From: Alloascoidea hylecoeti
Taxonomy: Eukaryota
Length of the DNA: 59,660 nt
Assembly (NCBI GenBank): GCA_001600815.1
Contig: BCKZ01000017.1
Coordinates: 287,720-347,379, forward strand
Direction of reading: 5' to 3'
Shown piece after piece: positions 1-13,300 of this stretch. Position numbers and translations under genes: made by a program. Under the pieces are notes generated by a model, which did no database searches, was not told the DNA's origin, and saw nothing but the letters and a program-made list of their open reading frames with translations. Each line of letters starts with the position of its first letter. The stretch's first letter is position 1.

Positions 1-18
1 CTTCTGACATAATATTAG

Positions 19-1565
<1,547 letters not shown>

Positions 1566-2161
1566 CAAACATAGATAAATAATCATGTTGCAATATGGAT
1601 ATTATATAACTTATTATCATCCCTCCTTTTTCTACTATCTTTACTTAATCAACATTCACATTTTACATTTGACTTAATTAGCACTGTTTAAATTTGTTCA
1701 TTTTTTAAGTTTTTTAATTGAGACATTTTGATGGATGGCTTGTATGAGCACGTTCATTCATTGTAGCAAAAAGAGTAGCATTAATGGTTATTTGTAGAGT
1801 AAGAGGTGGTCACCTGATGTTATGCATGCAGACTTCTCTGATCTCCAACAATGAGAGCTGCCGAAGTTTTATTAGTGTTTTACTTTTTCTATAAACCAGG
1901 ATTCTGTACCAAGTATTTAAGGGTTTCAATTCGCTGGCATTCTCTATTTTATATATAATCATTTCATTCCTTTGTGGTTTTATTTCAATCAATCTATGAT
2001 ATATTTTTGCAAAAAGTTGTGTTATAATATTTCTGGAAGTTGCTAATTTTATATCTCATTTAGAGATCTCTTTATAGTCAAGTATCCGCTCTATTGTATA
2101 ATTTCGGTCGGGGCTTATATTTATTAAATCATTCTTTTTAATCAAATAATTCATTTTCACA

Positions 2162-5059
2162 TTGAGTACCTCAAGAGCAAGCGCCAGCGCGAGATTGAAC
2201 AGGGGACTGGAGAAGAGGCATGTTCGAAACTACTCAGAATCAGACGCTAATTATGATATATCTCCTGAATATGAGCATCTAATAAATAATATATCAAGGC
2301 CTAATATTAGCGTGCCCTCTCCTGGAAGTTCGTCTACTGGCACACCACCTGGGATAAATTCTACAGCTTCTATATTTTTGTCCCCATCTGAAACTAAAGA
2401 TGTAGATTCCGATTGGAAGCAAAAGAGTGAGGGTTTAGATGATGTTCAAAGAGTACCAAGAAACGTACCAACTCGGGGAAGAACACATACTCGTTTTAAA
2501 TTTCCCAGTGCAAATTGGGCAGGGATAAGTTTAGCAGGAAGAGCTTCTTCACTATTGACGTCACAACGAAAAAGAAAACAAAGTCATGATTATACCACTT
2601 CATCTGGCAGAACACAAAATTTACTTGAAGCATTCGACATAGCTGAACTAGACAATAATCAATATGCTTCTAGAAGAAAGCCTTCATTGGTATCAGTAAT
2701 GATGAGGTTTGGTTTTATGTTTTTAGGAATTGTTTGGGGAATATGTTTCATTGCGTATATTTATGTAGCTTTGAAAAGTACCAACTATATTGTACCAACA
2801 CCAATTCATAGCTACAACAGAGGAACAGAGCATAATGAAAACCCTATTACTTTAGATGATGTGAGAGATGGAAAATTTTTCAGCTCCGTACAACCCATAA
2901 CATTCGTTGAAACGTTAGATGACAATACAGACGATAAGGGTTGGTACATCAAAGATAATTCACAACGGTTCATACTGAAAAGAATGACAGATAATGAAGA
3001 AAAGGTCATATATGAAAAGGATAATTTTGTATATAACGGAATGATTTATTATATTGATAGTATGATTCCGAACAGGGATCTTACAAAAGCCATAATTCGT
3101 ACTGATGTTCAAGAAGAATACAGATATTCATCTGTGGCGTTTTATTGGATATTAGATATTGATTCCAAATTAATCATTCCTTTATATCCGAACTCTCATG
3201 ATAAATTAATAAAACTAGCTATTTGGTCTCCACTTTCGGATGAGATTGCATTCGTGTTTGAGAATGACATTTACATTCGAAAGTTAAAGAAAGAAAATTC
3301 AGAAGAACTTATTAGAATTACAAATGATGGAAGCCCCGATATTATTTATGGAACGCCTGATTGGGTTTATGAAGAAGAAGTCTTTGGAACTAACATAGGC
3401 ATGTGGTGGTCTCCAAATGGAAAGTATTTAGCAGCCTTAAAAACAAATGATACATTAGTTCCAGAATATCCAATGCCATACTTTACCACTGAGAAAAATG
3501 CTTATCCACGGTTCTATAAATTAAAATATCCCAAACCAGGTTTTAACAATCCTACTGTTGAAGTTGGTATCGTTAATGTCAGAGACGGGTCCATTTTTTT
3601 CCTACCTGATGATGATCCAATTAGAGATGATATTGATAGTATAGTAACTGAAGTTATATGGGTAGGCGTGGAAAGACTATTACTACGAATATCAAACAGA
3701 GCTAGTGATATCATGAAAATTTGTCTTGTCGATGTGACTTCGCAATATGCAAATGGTCGTATTATGAGGACTTTGACCTCAAAAGATGGTGGTTGGTTTG
3801 AACCAACTCAAAGTACAGTTTATATTCAATCTGATTCATCTAATAATAGGCCACATGACGGTTATTTAGAAACTGTGGCTGTTCATGATTTTTATCATTT
3901 AGTCTATTTTAATTCCTCAGAAAGTTCTAGCGGAAAAGTTTTGACCAGTGGTGATTGGGAAGTTACATCACGACCGGTATTTAATGCGGTGGCTAATCGG
4001 ATATATTTTTTGGCTGCAAAGAAATCATCCATGGAACGGCATCTTTATTCCATCGGTTTAAATGGGGAAACCCTTTTAGAGATATCAAATACGTCTGAAG
4101 AAGCATGGTATAATGTATTATTCTCTTCTGGTGGTAGATTTGCGATACTGAATTATGAAGGACCAGGCATTCCAAATCAAAAAATACTTGATTTTCTTAC
4201 GGATGAACCGTATGAGAAAGCCAAGATCATTGAGAAAAATGAGGACCTTGAACAAGTTTTGGAAAGATTAAATGTTCCGACTACTGAATATGGACAAATC
4301 GAAGTATCTTCGGGCATATTTGCTAATTATAGGGAAATTAAACCTGATGGATTTAATTCATCTCAATTATACCCTGTTATATTTTATGTTTATGGTGGTC
4401 CAAATAGTCAATCTGTTTCAAAAACTCATTTAATCTCTTATTCCCACGCGCTTGCTTCCGCTTTAAACGTGATTATTATAACTGTTGATGGTCGTGGAAC
4501 TGGAAACAGAGGACTGGCATACAGATCCATTGTTCGTAAGAATCTTGGGTATTATGAATCTAGTGATCAAATTGCAGCAGCAAAAATCTGGGCCAAAAAA
4601 TCATATGTTGATGAAAATAATATTGCAATTTGGGGTTGGAGTTATGGTGGCTACTTAACTCTAAAGGCTCTGGAGGTGGATAAAGGCCAGACTTTTAAAT
4701 ATGGTATTGCTGTAGCGCCCGTTACAGATTGGAAGTTCTATGATTCCATATATACTGAAAGGTATATGCTCACCCCAGAAGATAATCCTGAAGGATATTC
4801 TAAGTCTTCTTTTGCAAATGTGGAGTCTTTTTCAAAGGTGAAAAGGTTTATGATTATGCATGGCACCGCTGATGATAATGTTCATTTTCAAAATACATTA
4901 ACACTGATAGACAAATTTAATGTTGCAGGAGTTAAGAATTTTGATCTTTTTATTTTCCCAGACTCTGACCACAATATCAATCATCACAACTCCAAAAAAA
5001 TTATTTACGAGAGGATTACTGACTGGCTCGGAAATGCTTTCCAGGGAGACTTTTTATGA
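2162..5059 (+). CDS. DAP2: Type II membrane dipeptidyl aminopeptidase (DPP IV / S9B family, Dap2/Ste13-like); start uncertain
   Basis: Single TM segment at about aa 183-203, PDWVYEEEV, GWSYGG nucleophile motif, HGTADDNVHFQN and FPDSDH. Lies next to SLT2 as DAP2 does in S. cerevisiae, but the long cytosolic tail is Ste13-like. ORF opens at TTG; first ATG is at 2699. Confidence 0.88.
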   Translation: MSTSRASASARLNRGLEKRHVRNYSESDANYDISPEYEHLINNISRPNISVPSPGSSSTGTPPGINSTASIFLSPSETKDVDSDWKQKSEGLDDVQRVPRNVPTRGRTHTRFKFPSANWAGISLAGRASSLLTSQRKRKQSHDYTTSSGRTQNLLEAFDIAELDNNQYASRRKPSLVSVMMRFGFMFLGIVWGICFIAYIYVALKSTNYIVPTPIHSYNRGTEHNENPITLDDVRDGKFFSSVQPITFVETLDDNTDDKGWYIKDNSQRFILKRMTDNEEKVIYEKDNFVYNGMIYYIDSMIPNRDLTKAIIRTDVQEEYRYSSVAFYWILDIDSKLIIPLYPNSHDKLIKLAIWSPLSDEIAFVFENDIYIRKLKKENSEELIRITNDGSPDIIYGTPDWVYEEEVFGTNIGMWWSPNGKYLAALKTNDTLVPEYPMPYFTTEKNAYPRFYKLKYPKPGFNNPTVEVGIVNVRDGSIFFLPDDDPIRDDIDSIVTEVIWVGVERLLLRISNRASDIMKICLVDVTSQYANGRIMRTLTSKDGGWFEPTQSTVYIQSDSSNNRPHDGYLETVAVHDFYHLVYFNSSESSSGKVLTSGDWEVTSRPVFNAVANRIYFLAAKKSSMERHLYSIGLNGETLLEISNTSEEAWYNVLFSSGGRFAILNYEGPGIPNQKILDFLTDEPYEKAKIIEKNEDLEQVLERLNVPTTEYGQIEVSSGIFANYREIKPDGFNSSQLYPVIFYVYGGPNSQSVSKTHLISYSHALASALNVIIITVDGRGTGNRGLAYRSIVRKNLGYYESSDQIAAAKIWAKKSYVDENNIAIWGWSYGGYLTLKALEVDKGQTFKYGIAVAPVTDWKFYDSIYTERYMLTPEDNPEGYSKSSFANVESFSKVKRFMIMHGTADDNVHFQNTLTLIDKFNVAGVKNFDLFIFPDSDHNINHHNSKKIIYERITDWLGNAFQGDFL

Positions 5060-5835
5060 TATAGTAGCTTTAAAGACACTTAAATTAAGCTTATAACTAT
5101 TATATAATATCACTGTTATTTATATTTTTTTATTCGGCTTTTTACCAAACATTCCATAGCATATATTGCCATATAACCAATATTATATAATTAATGACAT
5201 TCAGATCTTAAATTGTTAAATTGATGCACCTAATTTTTAAAAACTTAAATTCTACTGATACCCACATGCACGTTTAATCGATAACTGAAATATTTCAAAA
5301 GTATAGTCTACGATTTAAAATTACAGAAAAGATGTTTCATGTTTCAATCTTTTCTTTTGAAATATATATTTTATCCAAAGTCAAGGAAAAGTTGATACTT
5401 AGTTAATCCGTTTGCTAAGTACAAACATTGAATCTTATTGCTTAAATTTGCTAACAATGGGAGGTATTTACATGTAGATAATGAATTCAGTTAATTATAA
5501 TACATACTGTGGGCCTGTGATCAATATATGCCTTGAATCTTAAGCTTCAGCCATAGTTTACCTTAAGATTTGCTTCTTTTGAAAATGCATCATTCAAAAC
5601 ATAGACCCCAGTTGTATATTGCTAGGTTATAAATGGTTCCAATTGCAGTTGAATTGATGTTAATATATTGTCTATATGCATTGTATATTCTGATTCCAGT
5701 TCTCTCTTTCTCCTGTTTATTGTTCTTTAATACTTTGAGCGAGCTTTATGGCACCATTCAAAAAGTATTTCTTCTTTCTATGATTAATAATAATATTACC
5801 ATTAATTTATATACATCACTTAATACATTCTCAAC

Positions 5836-7001
5836 ATGACTAATTTTAAAGATCAAATTGCGCAAGAATCGTCAAGCTCCTCAGGTAATACCGACTCTGA
5901 GTGGGATCAAAATGCTTCCCAAAGCCCGGAATCATCCCTTCATAAATTAGACCTCAAAATAGAATCATTAAGGACCGAATTTCAAGAATGTAACAACCAA
6001 ATACTACGCAGATTAGCTCAACTAGAAAAGTCGGCCTTGGAAAAGGATAATAGTGAAATACAGTAAGTCCCTTTTCATTCATTTTCCATGATCGGAAAGA
6101 TGTAAGCTCTTTCCGTTCACTTTACAGTATACGGATAGCTAACATAAAGCTAACAAATTATTGTTATAGCTATATGCATGACAAACACCGTTTAGATATC
6201 GATGAGCTAAATATTATAGCTGATACAAAAGTCACTGTTATAAAAGAAGCTCCTGAGAAGGAAAAGTTGTACCTTCGTGGTGAATTTAATATTCCCCCTA
6301 ATCTTAAGATAATCAACCTTAAAAATGATAATTATCATCTATGGAAGATTGGAGTGAAACTAGTGCAAGACTTTCTAGGGTTATCCCATGAAACTATCGA
6401 CCTTCATTCTAAAGATATTAAAGATCCTATCGTGAAAAGGAACTATAGTATCTTCAGATATTTAATCTTGAAGTCATTGCCAGGTGTTCAAGGTGAGATG
6501 TACGCCTCATATGATCAGACAATTGGAAAGCTTCTTGATGAAATTAAAGATTCAATTATTTGCGAGAGCTCCAAGGTTATTGTACATCAGCTAGTAACTG
6601 CTCGACTTAGGATGAACATGGATAGAGAAGATATTTTTCAATTTTCGAATCAGTGTAAGGCCACAATAAAAAAGTTGGAGAGTATCAAGAAAACACAGTG
6701 TTCCAAACAGGAACTACTATTCTATCTCTACGGGTGGGTCAGTGATGAAGCTAAACTTGTGAAAATATATACAAATTATACAATTTCTAAAGAGTATGAG
6801 GATTGGAATTTCGAGGAGTTATGTGATGAAATCTCTGAGCAGATCTTGCTTTCATCGACAACTACTACACCTACGAAGTCTAATCATAATAATTTAGAAG
6901 TGAAGAAGGGTCGCCATACAAATTCCAAAAAATTCCAAACTAATAGAAAAAAACACAGAAAGAAATTTAAAACAAGTCGAAAGACCCATAAAAGAAACTA
7001 A
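5836..7001 (+). CDS. Spliced Ty1/copia Gag-like protein, about 352 aa; exons 5836-6062 and 6170-7001; no pol
   Basis: Donor GTAAGT 6063, branch GCTAAC at 6138 and 6149, acceptor TAG 6167-6169; splicing fuses the two ORFs in frame (CA|C TAT ATG). LKNDNYHLWKIGVKLV..FLGL resembles the copia Gag N-terminal L-x2-NY-x2-W motif. Strongly basic C-terminus. Confidence 0.65.
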
Positions 7002-9229
7002 AAGGATATCGATGTATCCGGATAAGAGTAATGGTGAAATGACACCACATAATATTAATTCAAAATAGAAATGAATCGACGATCATGTGTTTATTGGATC
7101 CAGCTTGGCCTTCTAGATAACTTTTAGGTACTTTATTCAAATTCATACATAAAAATCATAACCAGAGTACCTAAATATATATATATAGTTTCTATGTTTT
7201 TTTTTTCTAATTAGTCTGTTTCAGTTTATATGTGATATTTGCAGGAAAGCATTGCTCTTCATAAATATAAATAATAGTAAATTTTATTTTATTGATATCG
7301 TTGCTGATCGTGGTGTTATTATTCTTTAATTCGAATGTCTAATAAAAAATAGCTTCTATTATAGTTAGAGATTATAAATTTTTTAATTATACTTCTGATT
7401 AAGAACATAATAAATATCTAGAAACGAAATGAATTGAATAAAAAAATAAACAGATGCACTCAACAACGAATTTTATAAAATTAGTAATTATAAGGATAAA
7501 AGAGTTAATCATGAGAAACATTTGTATTTGTATAACTTTACCATAAAAGTATACCGTTTATGCCTCGTAACTTTAAATTGGTCTCAAACGTATGCATAAT
7601 ATAAGCACAGGTGAATTCTATTAATATTCTAATTGGCCTATTATATTGCGATTGAACGCTTAATTATAGTCATAGTATATTATAATATTATCTACTGGTA
7701 TAACCTTATCAACGGAAATCAACTATAAATAGATGAACATTTCTATATATAGTTTATGGTATTAGTTTAGTGGCAGTATTCATTAATTCTTTATATAATT
7801 ACAATTGCAAGAATTAATCATCATATCGCAATAACTACAAATCTATAGTTGAATCATATGAGTTTATATTATAGGCCTAGTTATATGCTGATTCAGTGCT
7901 GGATACCAATGCCTAGATAATAGATATTATAGTGACGTATAAACTGCCATGATGATTCAGTTTTCTAGCTTTAATTTCTTCCGTTCCAATGTAGAAGGAG
8001 CGCTGAAGTCGAAACCCCTAAAAATATTCGATCGGGCTTTCCAACAATTGGAATTCAACCTTTTAGTCGCGCGCAAGAAAATGTAATCAAAGTTCGGAGA
8101 TAAATAATTGATTATAAAAATTATAAATTACTTTTATTATCTTTGGTTAAAAAGCTAAGTAAGTAAACAAAGAATTGAGGAAAGATAATATTATATGAGG
8201 ATTTACCTGAACAAAGTAGATCTACCGAGTTTATAAAGAAGTTTACGAGGTGTGGTTGGAAAATTCGAAAACATATATGAGATATCTGATGATTTCCACC
8301 ACAGTGAATCAATGATCGAAGATTCTCTAAAAACTATTGGACGTAGAATTCAGACTTATAAAAGTGGAAAGGTAAGAACTACACAAAATTAGCTGGAGAT
8401 AATGAAGACGGAAAATCGTAGAAGAAGGTTCACACCACAAAAGGATTTACAAAAAATATGTTATCGGAACTATGAAAGTAAGTGGAATTGAGTAATACCA
8501 TTTTTAATGATTAATATTTGCTGTTGGTTTTGCAATTCGTAGTTGAATTTTTGGGTGGTCCCGTATCTGTTGAGAGCGTTGAGTCACTGTTGAGTCAGGG
8601 TTGTTCCTAACTGTATTATCATTTGCATTTATATAGTTAACTTTCTTATCATCGGTAGTGTACTGCTTAGCACTTCATACTTAACTTTACTTTGGTTATG
8701 GCTATCTCATGATCAAATACTATGTATATTACGGATTAAATCTCACAATTGGTTGTATATTATATTACCGTTAAGTTAATATTACTGATTTCACATTTGG
8801 TATGTATCTAGCAAAGTTTTGTAATTTCTCATACCATTTGAAGCAAGCCAATATTGGTGAATTCGAATTACCATCATTTCAGAAGGACGAAGAAGTAGAA
8901 TCTTCTTCTAACATCAGATTTAGTAAAGGGCGACTCTGAAGAGGAGGAATGGAATTTAAGGATGTTAAGGATTTTTCCAAAACATCATGCCAATAGCATG
9001 TTAACATTAGATCAAAAACCTGCGCCGGTACCAGCACATTCGGTCAGATTATCTTAAAGGAATAACTTGAATCTAGACGAGGGACTGCCTTATCATGATG
9101 CCAACAGACTATAACTTATAGCTATTGGAAAAACTCCTCGCACGTGCACGTTTCGCAAATTTATAAATCCCAGCAAACTTAGACATCCAATTTCATCTTT
9201 CCATAATCAAATACACATCTACATCAAAT

Positions 9230-9684
9230 ATGTCATTTTTAGGCGGCGGTAGCTCATCTGGGTCTGTAAATCAGGCAAAAATTGCAAATGCTGAGGCAGA
9301 ATTGGATATGGTTACCGATATGTTCAATAGGTAAGTGGTCATATATTGAATGATCAAAAGCTTTAAGTCGGTAGTTATAATAATGAACCCCATCTAATGC
9401 TATTCAATTATAGGTTAACCGAAGTTTGCCACAAGAAGTGCATTATGGCAAATTACTCCAGCGCTGATTTGAGTTGGAAAGATGGTAGTTGCATTGACAA
9501 CTGCGTTGGAAAATATTTTGATGTTAACGTAAAGGTCGGAGAGGTAAGTTTTGTTTTGTTATTTGCTCAATGATTGGTTATCATTATTAATATATAAAAT
9601 CTAACGTTTCTTTACGTTTTAATCTTGGAATAGCACATGCAACAGCTTGGAAAAAGCGGTGTTTTCAATAACAATTCGTTTTGA
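9230..9684 (+). CDS. TIM10: Mitochondrial small Tim chaperone Tim10; exons 9230-9330, 9414-9543, 9634-9684
   Basis: Not in the ORF track. Spliced product [56 protein letters not shown] has the twin CX3C motif. Both introns are GTAAGT..CTAAY..TAG. Confidence 0.93.
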
Positions 9685-9862
9685 AAATTGTAAAAATGTT
9701 TTAGGAACATTGGACGTCATTATAAATAAAATTAAAACCAAGAAATTATCATTAAACAACATCATTTCAATGGACAGATTTCTATACTACACGCATATAT
9801 AACACTATAGCTAAACTACCTACTATATACAAAAACCAATATTAATGACAATGGCATTTATA

Positions 9863-11770
9863 CTATATTGCATTGCTGTATTTAATCTTAAGATCTTCTA
9901 TTTTAAATTTATTTTCATTCGATAATGAAATAACATTAATTTTCCTTTTCTTTGAATAATCATTGTGAGAATGAAGAATTAATTGTTCAACTTTTTTATC
10001 AATATTTTTCCCATCAAAATGTTTTGAAACACCAATTATAGAGTAAAGTTGTGACATCCTAAACTCTCTTTTCAAAAATTTATAACGAATTGATGTCGTG
10101 GGTTCAATATGAACAGTCATTACAAGAACTTCAGGATCCCATATTAACTCTTTTGGGATAATTGTAAAACTTAAATCTGATAATTTTGTACCATATGAAA
10201 TTTCCTTATCAATATTTAAAATTTCCGTTTGTTGCCAAATTTTCATTTGTTTCCACATCTCCATACCCAAGGGCAATTCTTTGAAGTTTCGAATAACTAC
10301 TGATATCATTGTATCTGGTGAAAATGTTGGGTCAAATCTAGATCGTAGATGTTTTATTTTTTCTTTATCATTGAAATGATGAATGGTATTTCTTAAATTC
10401 TTCCACAATTCTTCTAACTTTAACGGAACAGCAAGGTAGAAATGTTCATTTCCTATTAGATATTTCCGTGATTGAACATATTTCCTTATTCTTTCCGGAG
10501 CTAGAGTTCCATCTTTCTTAGAGGTGTCTATATGTTTTACAAGTTCTGCGGATGCTTTTCGTGTTTTATCATCTATCGATTCGATAGCTTTTATGGGGTT
10601 TGCTGGCCCAAATGATTTTATTGGTTCCATCGAGTCTATAATTTCTGAATGGTTCGAAGGTTCTTTAACAGTCTCTATAGGTTTTGGCCTTGCAAATATA
10701 GAGAGTTTCACAATGTGTTGCTTATCCGTATTTCTCATGAATTCTTCTTTCGTAGAATTAAGTGCCATACGATATGCATTTTCAACTTTATCATCAGTAA
10801 GATACGCATTCCGTGGCGCTATACCTTTTAATTCTTTTAGAATGGTCTGTAAATTATCTCTAGTTGCATCCTTATTCAGTACAGAAAGGACAACAACCTG
10901 ATGAAATGCCTGATCAGGTCCATATTCATTATATTGTGATAAATTTAGAGGTTGAAATCGCATCAAGCTTCTATCTATAATTGTATCAAGCTCTTTTAAT
11001 CCTGTATCATTTTTAGTATTTGAGTTTAAATGTTTTTCAGCCAATCGACTTTTAATTACATCCCGTACGATGTGGTCTTGAGTATGATCGAAATGTAATC
11101 CAATAAATCTGATATTAGTCAATTGACGTGGATCAACCATATTCAGGATATATTCCATTAATATTTTTCTATCCCGGACCATATAATTGTTTCTATCAGC
11201 AAAAACAACATGGTTTGTTTTTAACTTTGTCATTATTTCTTTGGCAAATTTATAAGTTTTGTAAGGACCAGAAGGGATTCCATCATTTGAGATTAATGGC
11301 CAGCCATATAAAGTTTCTAATGCCTTTGCCAAAGTTGTTTTACCACAGCCACTAGTAGAGATCGGAATAATCACGAATCTATATTGATTATCCTCGAAGT
11401 ATACATCCTTTAAAATTTCCAATTTGCTCTCTTCTAATGATTCGTTAGGATTATCTTTATCTGATTTTGGATTCAAGAAATCAAACAATCCCGGATCTAT
11501 TTCTGGTTGAATTTCAGGTATAATTTTTTTACTTTTATGAACACTTTGGACGACACCCTGGAAAAAATTGATTGAATTTTTATATTCTATTAGTTTGTTA
11601 CTGATGTTGTAATTCTTGTGTATTTGTCTTATTTGAGTAGAGGAAAAATCTCTGCCTAGCCATTGGCCAGATGAGAACAAAAGAGGACAAACCACTTTTG
11701 ATTTCACAATCAATATATCCGAGGCTTCATATACCGGTTTTGCTAAGACTTGGAGGGGGACTAATTTCAT
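9863..11770 (-). CDS. tRNA ligase Trl1-like polynucleotide kinase plus degenerate CPD-like region, lacking the N-terminal ligase domain
   Basis: IIPISTSGCGKTTLAKAL..LYGW..ISND and VVFADRNN match the Trl1 kinase module. Only about 130 aa precede the P-loop. First ATG is at 11770. Confidence 0.72.
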   Translation of the reverse strand: MKLVPLQVLAKPVYEASDILIVKSKVVCPLLFSSGQWLGRDFSSTQIRQIHKNYNISNKLIEYKNSINFFQGVVQSVHKSKKIIPEIQPEIDPGLFDFLNPKSDKDNPNESLEESKLEILKDVYFEDNQYRFVIIPISTSGCGKTTLAKALETLYGWPLISNDGIPSGPYKTYKFAKEIMTKLKTNHVVFADRNNYMVRDRKILMEYILNMVDPRQLTNIRFIGLHFDHTQDHIVRDVIKSRLAEKHLNSNTKNDTGLKELDTIIDRSLMRFQPLNLSQYNEYGPDQAFHQVVVLSVLNKDATRDNLQTILKELKGIAPRNAYLTDDKVENAYRMALNSTKEEFMRNTDKQHIVKLSIFARPKPIETVKEPSNHSEIIDSMEPIKSFGPANPIKAIESIDDKTRKASAELVKHIDTSKKDGTLAPERIRKYVQSRKYLIGNEHFYLAVPLKLEELWKNLRNTIHHFNDKEKIKHLRSRFDPTFSPDTMISVVIRNFKELPLGMEMWKQMKIWQQTEILNIDKEISYGTKLSDLSFTIIPKELIWDPEVLVMTVHIEPTTSIRYKFLKREFRMSQLYSIIGVSKHFDGKNIDKKVEQLILHSHNDYSKKRKINVISLSNENKFKIEDLKIKYSNAI

Positions 11771-12016
11771 TAACAAGAACTGTTCATATGATCTGTTTTT
11801 TCTTCACAATAGCGATAAAACAGATATTCGTTAATTTTTTATATCACACCACCTGCAACCTGCAGGTGTAAATATGAGCAAGGTATAGTTTTGGTATTTA
11901 CGCACGCAGTATATTTCAGCACCGACCCCGCCGTCCTGTTTCTCTTTTTTTTTTCTTTTGTCCTTGCTTCAGACATAACACCATAATAAATCGTTTTAAC
12001 CTTTGGATTTTTCATC

Positions 12017-12923
12017 ATGGTCATCACTTCTGACGACGAAAAGGTCATTAAAGGAGCAAAAGATGTAGTAAGTTCATTCAAATTAAAAATTAATGCAAAT
12101 TGTATATAGCGAGTTTGGAAAAACGCGTCCGATTATTTTTTTATTCTAACTTTTTCATCAGTTTGTTGCTTCTCTAGGTGCCCTTTCCAAAGCTTCAACC
12201 GAAGTTTCAAACGCTGCCATTGACTATTTCAATGCGATTGAAAGTGTTCCAGATTCAGAACAGTTCACTGCTGCTTTAGCATCCTCATTAGAAGCCTTGG
12301 CTAAATTTACCACTGGTGTGGCCAAATTCGGCAATTTTGAAGACTCAGAGGATGACGATGGGAAGAAAAAGAAAAGAAAGCGAGGTAAACCTTCTGATCC
12401 TAATGCTCCAAAAAAACCTGTTACAATGTATTTTGCTTACGCTATTGAACTGAGGAAGCAAATTAAAGAGGAACGCGATAAAGAAGGGCTTGAACCTTTA
12501 TCAAACATTGAAATGACACAGGAACTTTCTAAACGCTGGGCATCACTGAACGATGAAGATAAAGTACCTTGGAAGAAGGCTTATGATGAACAATGGTTAA
12601 AGTATGCAGCGGAAAAGGAAGAATATGATAAAAGTAAAAATGGACAGGGCGAAAAAGCTGGTGAAACAGTTGAATCCGATGGTGAATTTATCGATGCTGC
12701 TGAGTTCGATGCTGTTAAACTAATTCCAACGGAAATTGCAAAAGAAGTTTCAATCAAAGAACAAGATGATGATGAAGTTAAACATTCTTCTAAGAAATCT
12801 AAGAAATCTAAATCCCGTAAATCATTAACTTCTGGGGAGATTTCAGACAGCGGTAGTGCTTCTAAAAAAGAAAAGAAGAAGTCAAAGAAGAAGAAGAGAA
12901 AGAGTCATGTAACTTCAGACTGA
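12017..12923 (+). CDS. HMO1: HMG-box protein Hmo1; exons 12017-12067 and 12162-12923
   Basis: Intron GTAAGT 12068..TTCTAAC..CAG 12161 gives KGAKDV-FVASLGALSKA (Hmo1 box A). DPNAPKKPVTMYFAY HMG box B and a lysine-rich tail follow. Confidence 0.9.
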
Positions 12924-13300
12924 TTATATTTGAACAAGTTAAAATACTTTTCATTGGACTCCAATTTTTCGTTGTTTTATTTCATTTTTATATTATGGAG
13001 AATACAGATTTTTATTTTCTTTATTATTGTATACAACTTCGTGATGGGAGTAAATTGTTAATGTTAGTAGTAATAGTAATTTATGATTAATTTTAACTTG
13101 TGGGCTGCATTATATAAACGTAAAGGCTAGCGAGTATGATTTCGATATGAATGGTGTGTGTGAACATTAAATCTGTTCTGTCACCATTATCTTTGCATAC
13201 AATTTAACGAAAATAGGTGAAAACATCCGGACGCCAAACCTCTTCTAGAGTTGGCCCTAGTAACTTGTGGCATTTACAAACAACAAAGGAAAAGGAGGAA

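Noticed and set aside
5552..5570. ATAGTTTACCTTAAGAT resembling the 5' end of yeast U1 snRNA
   Set aside because: The essential ACTTAC is not intact, and no U1-70K loop or Sm site follows.
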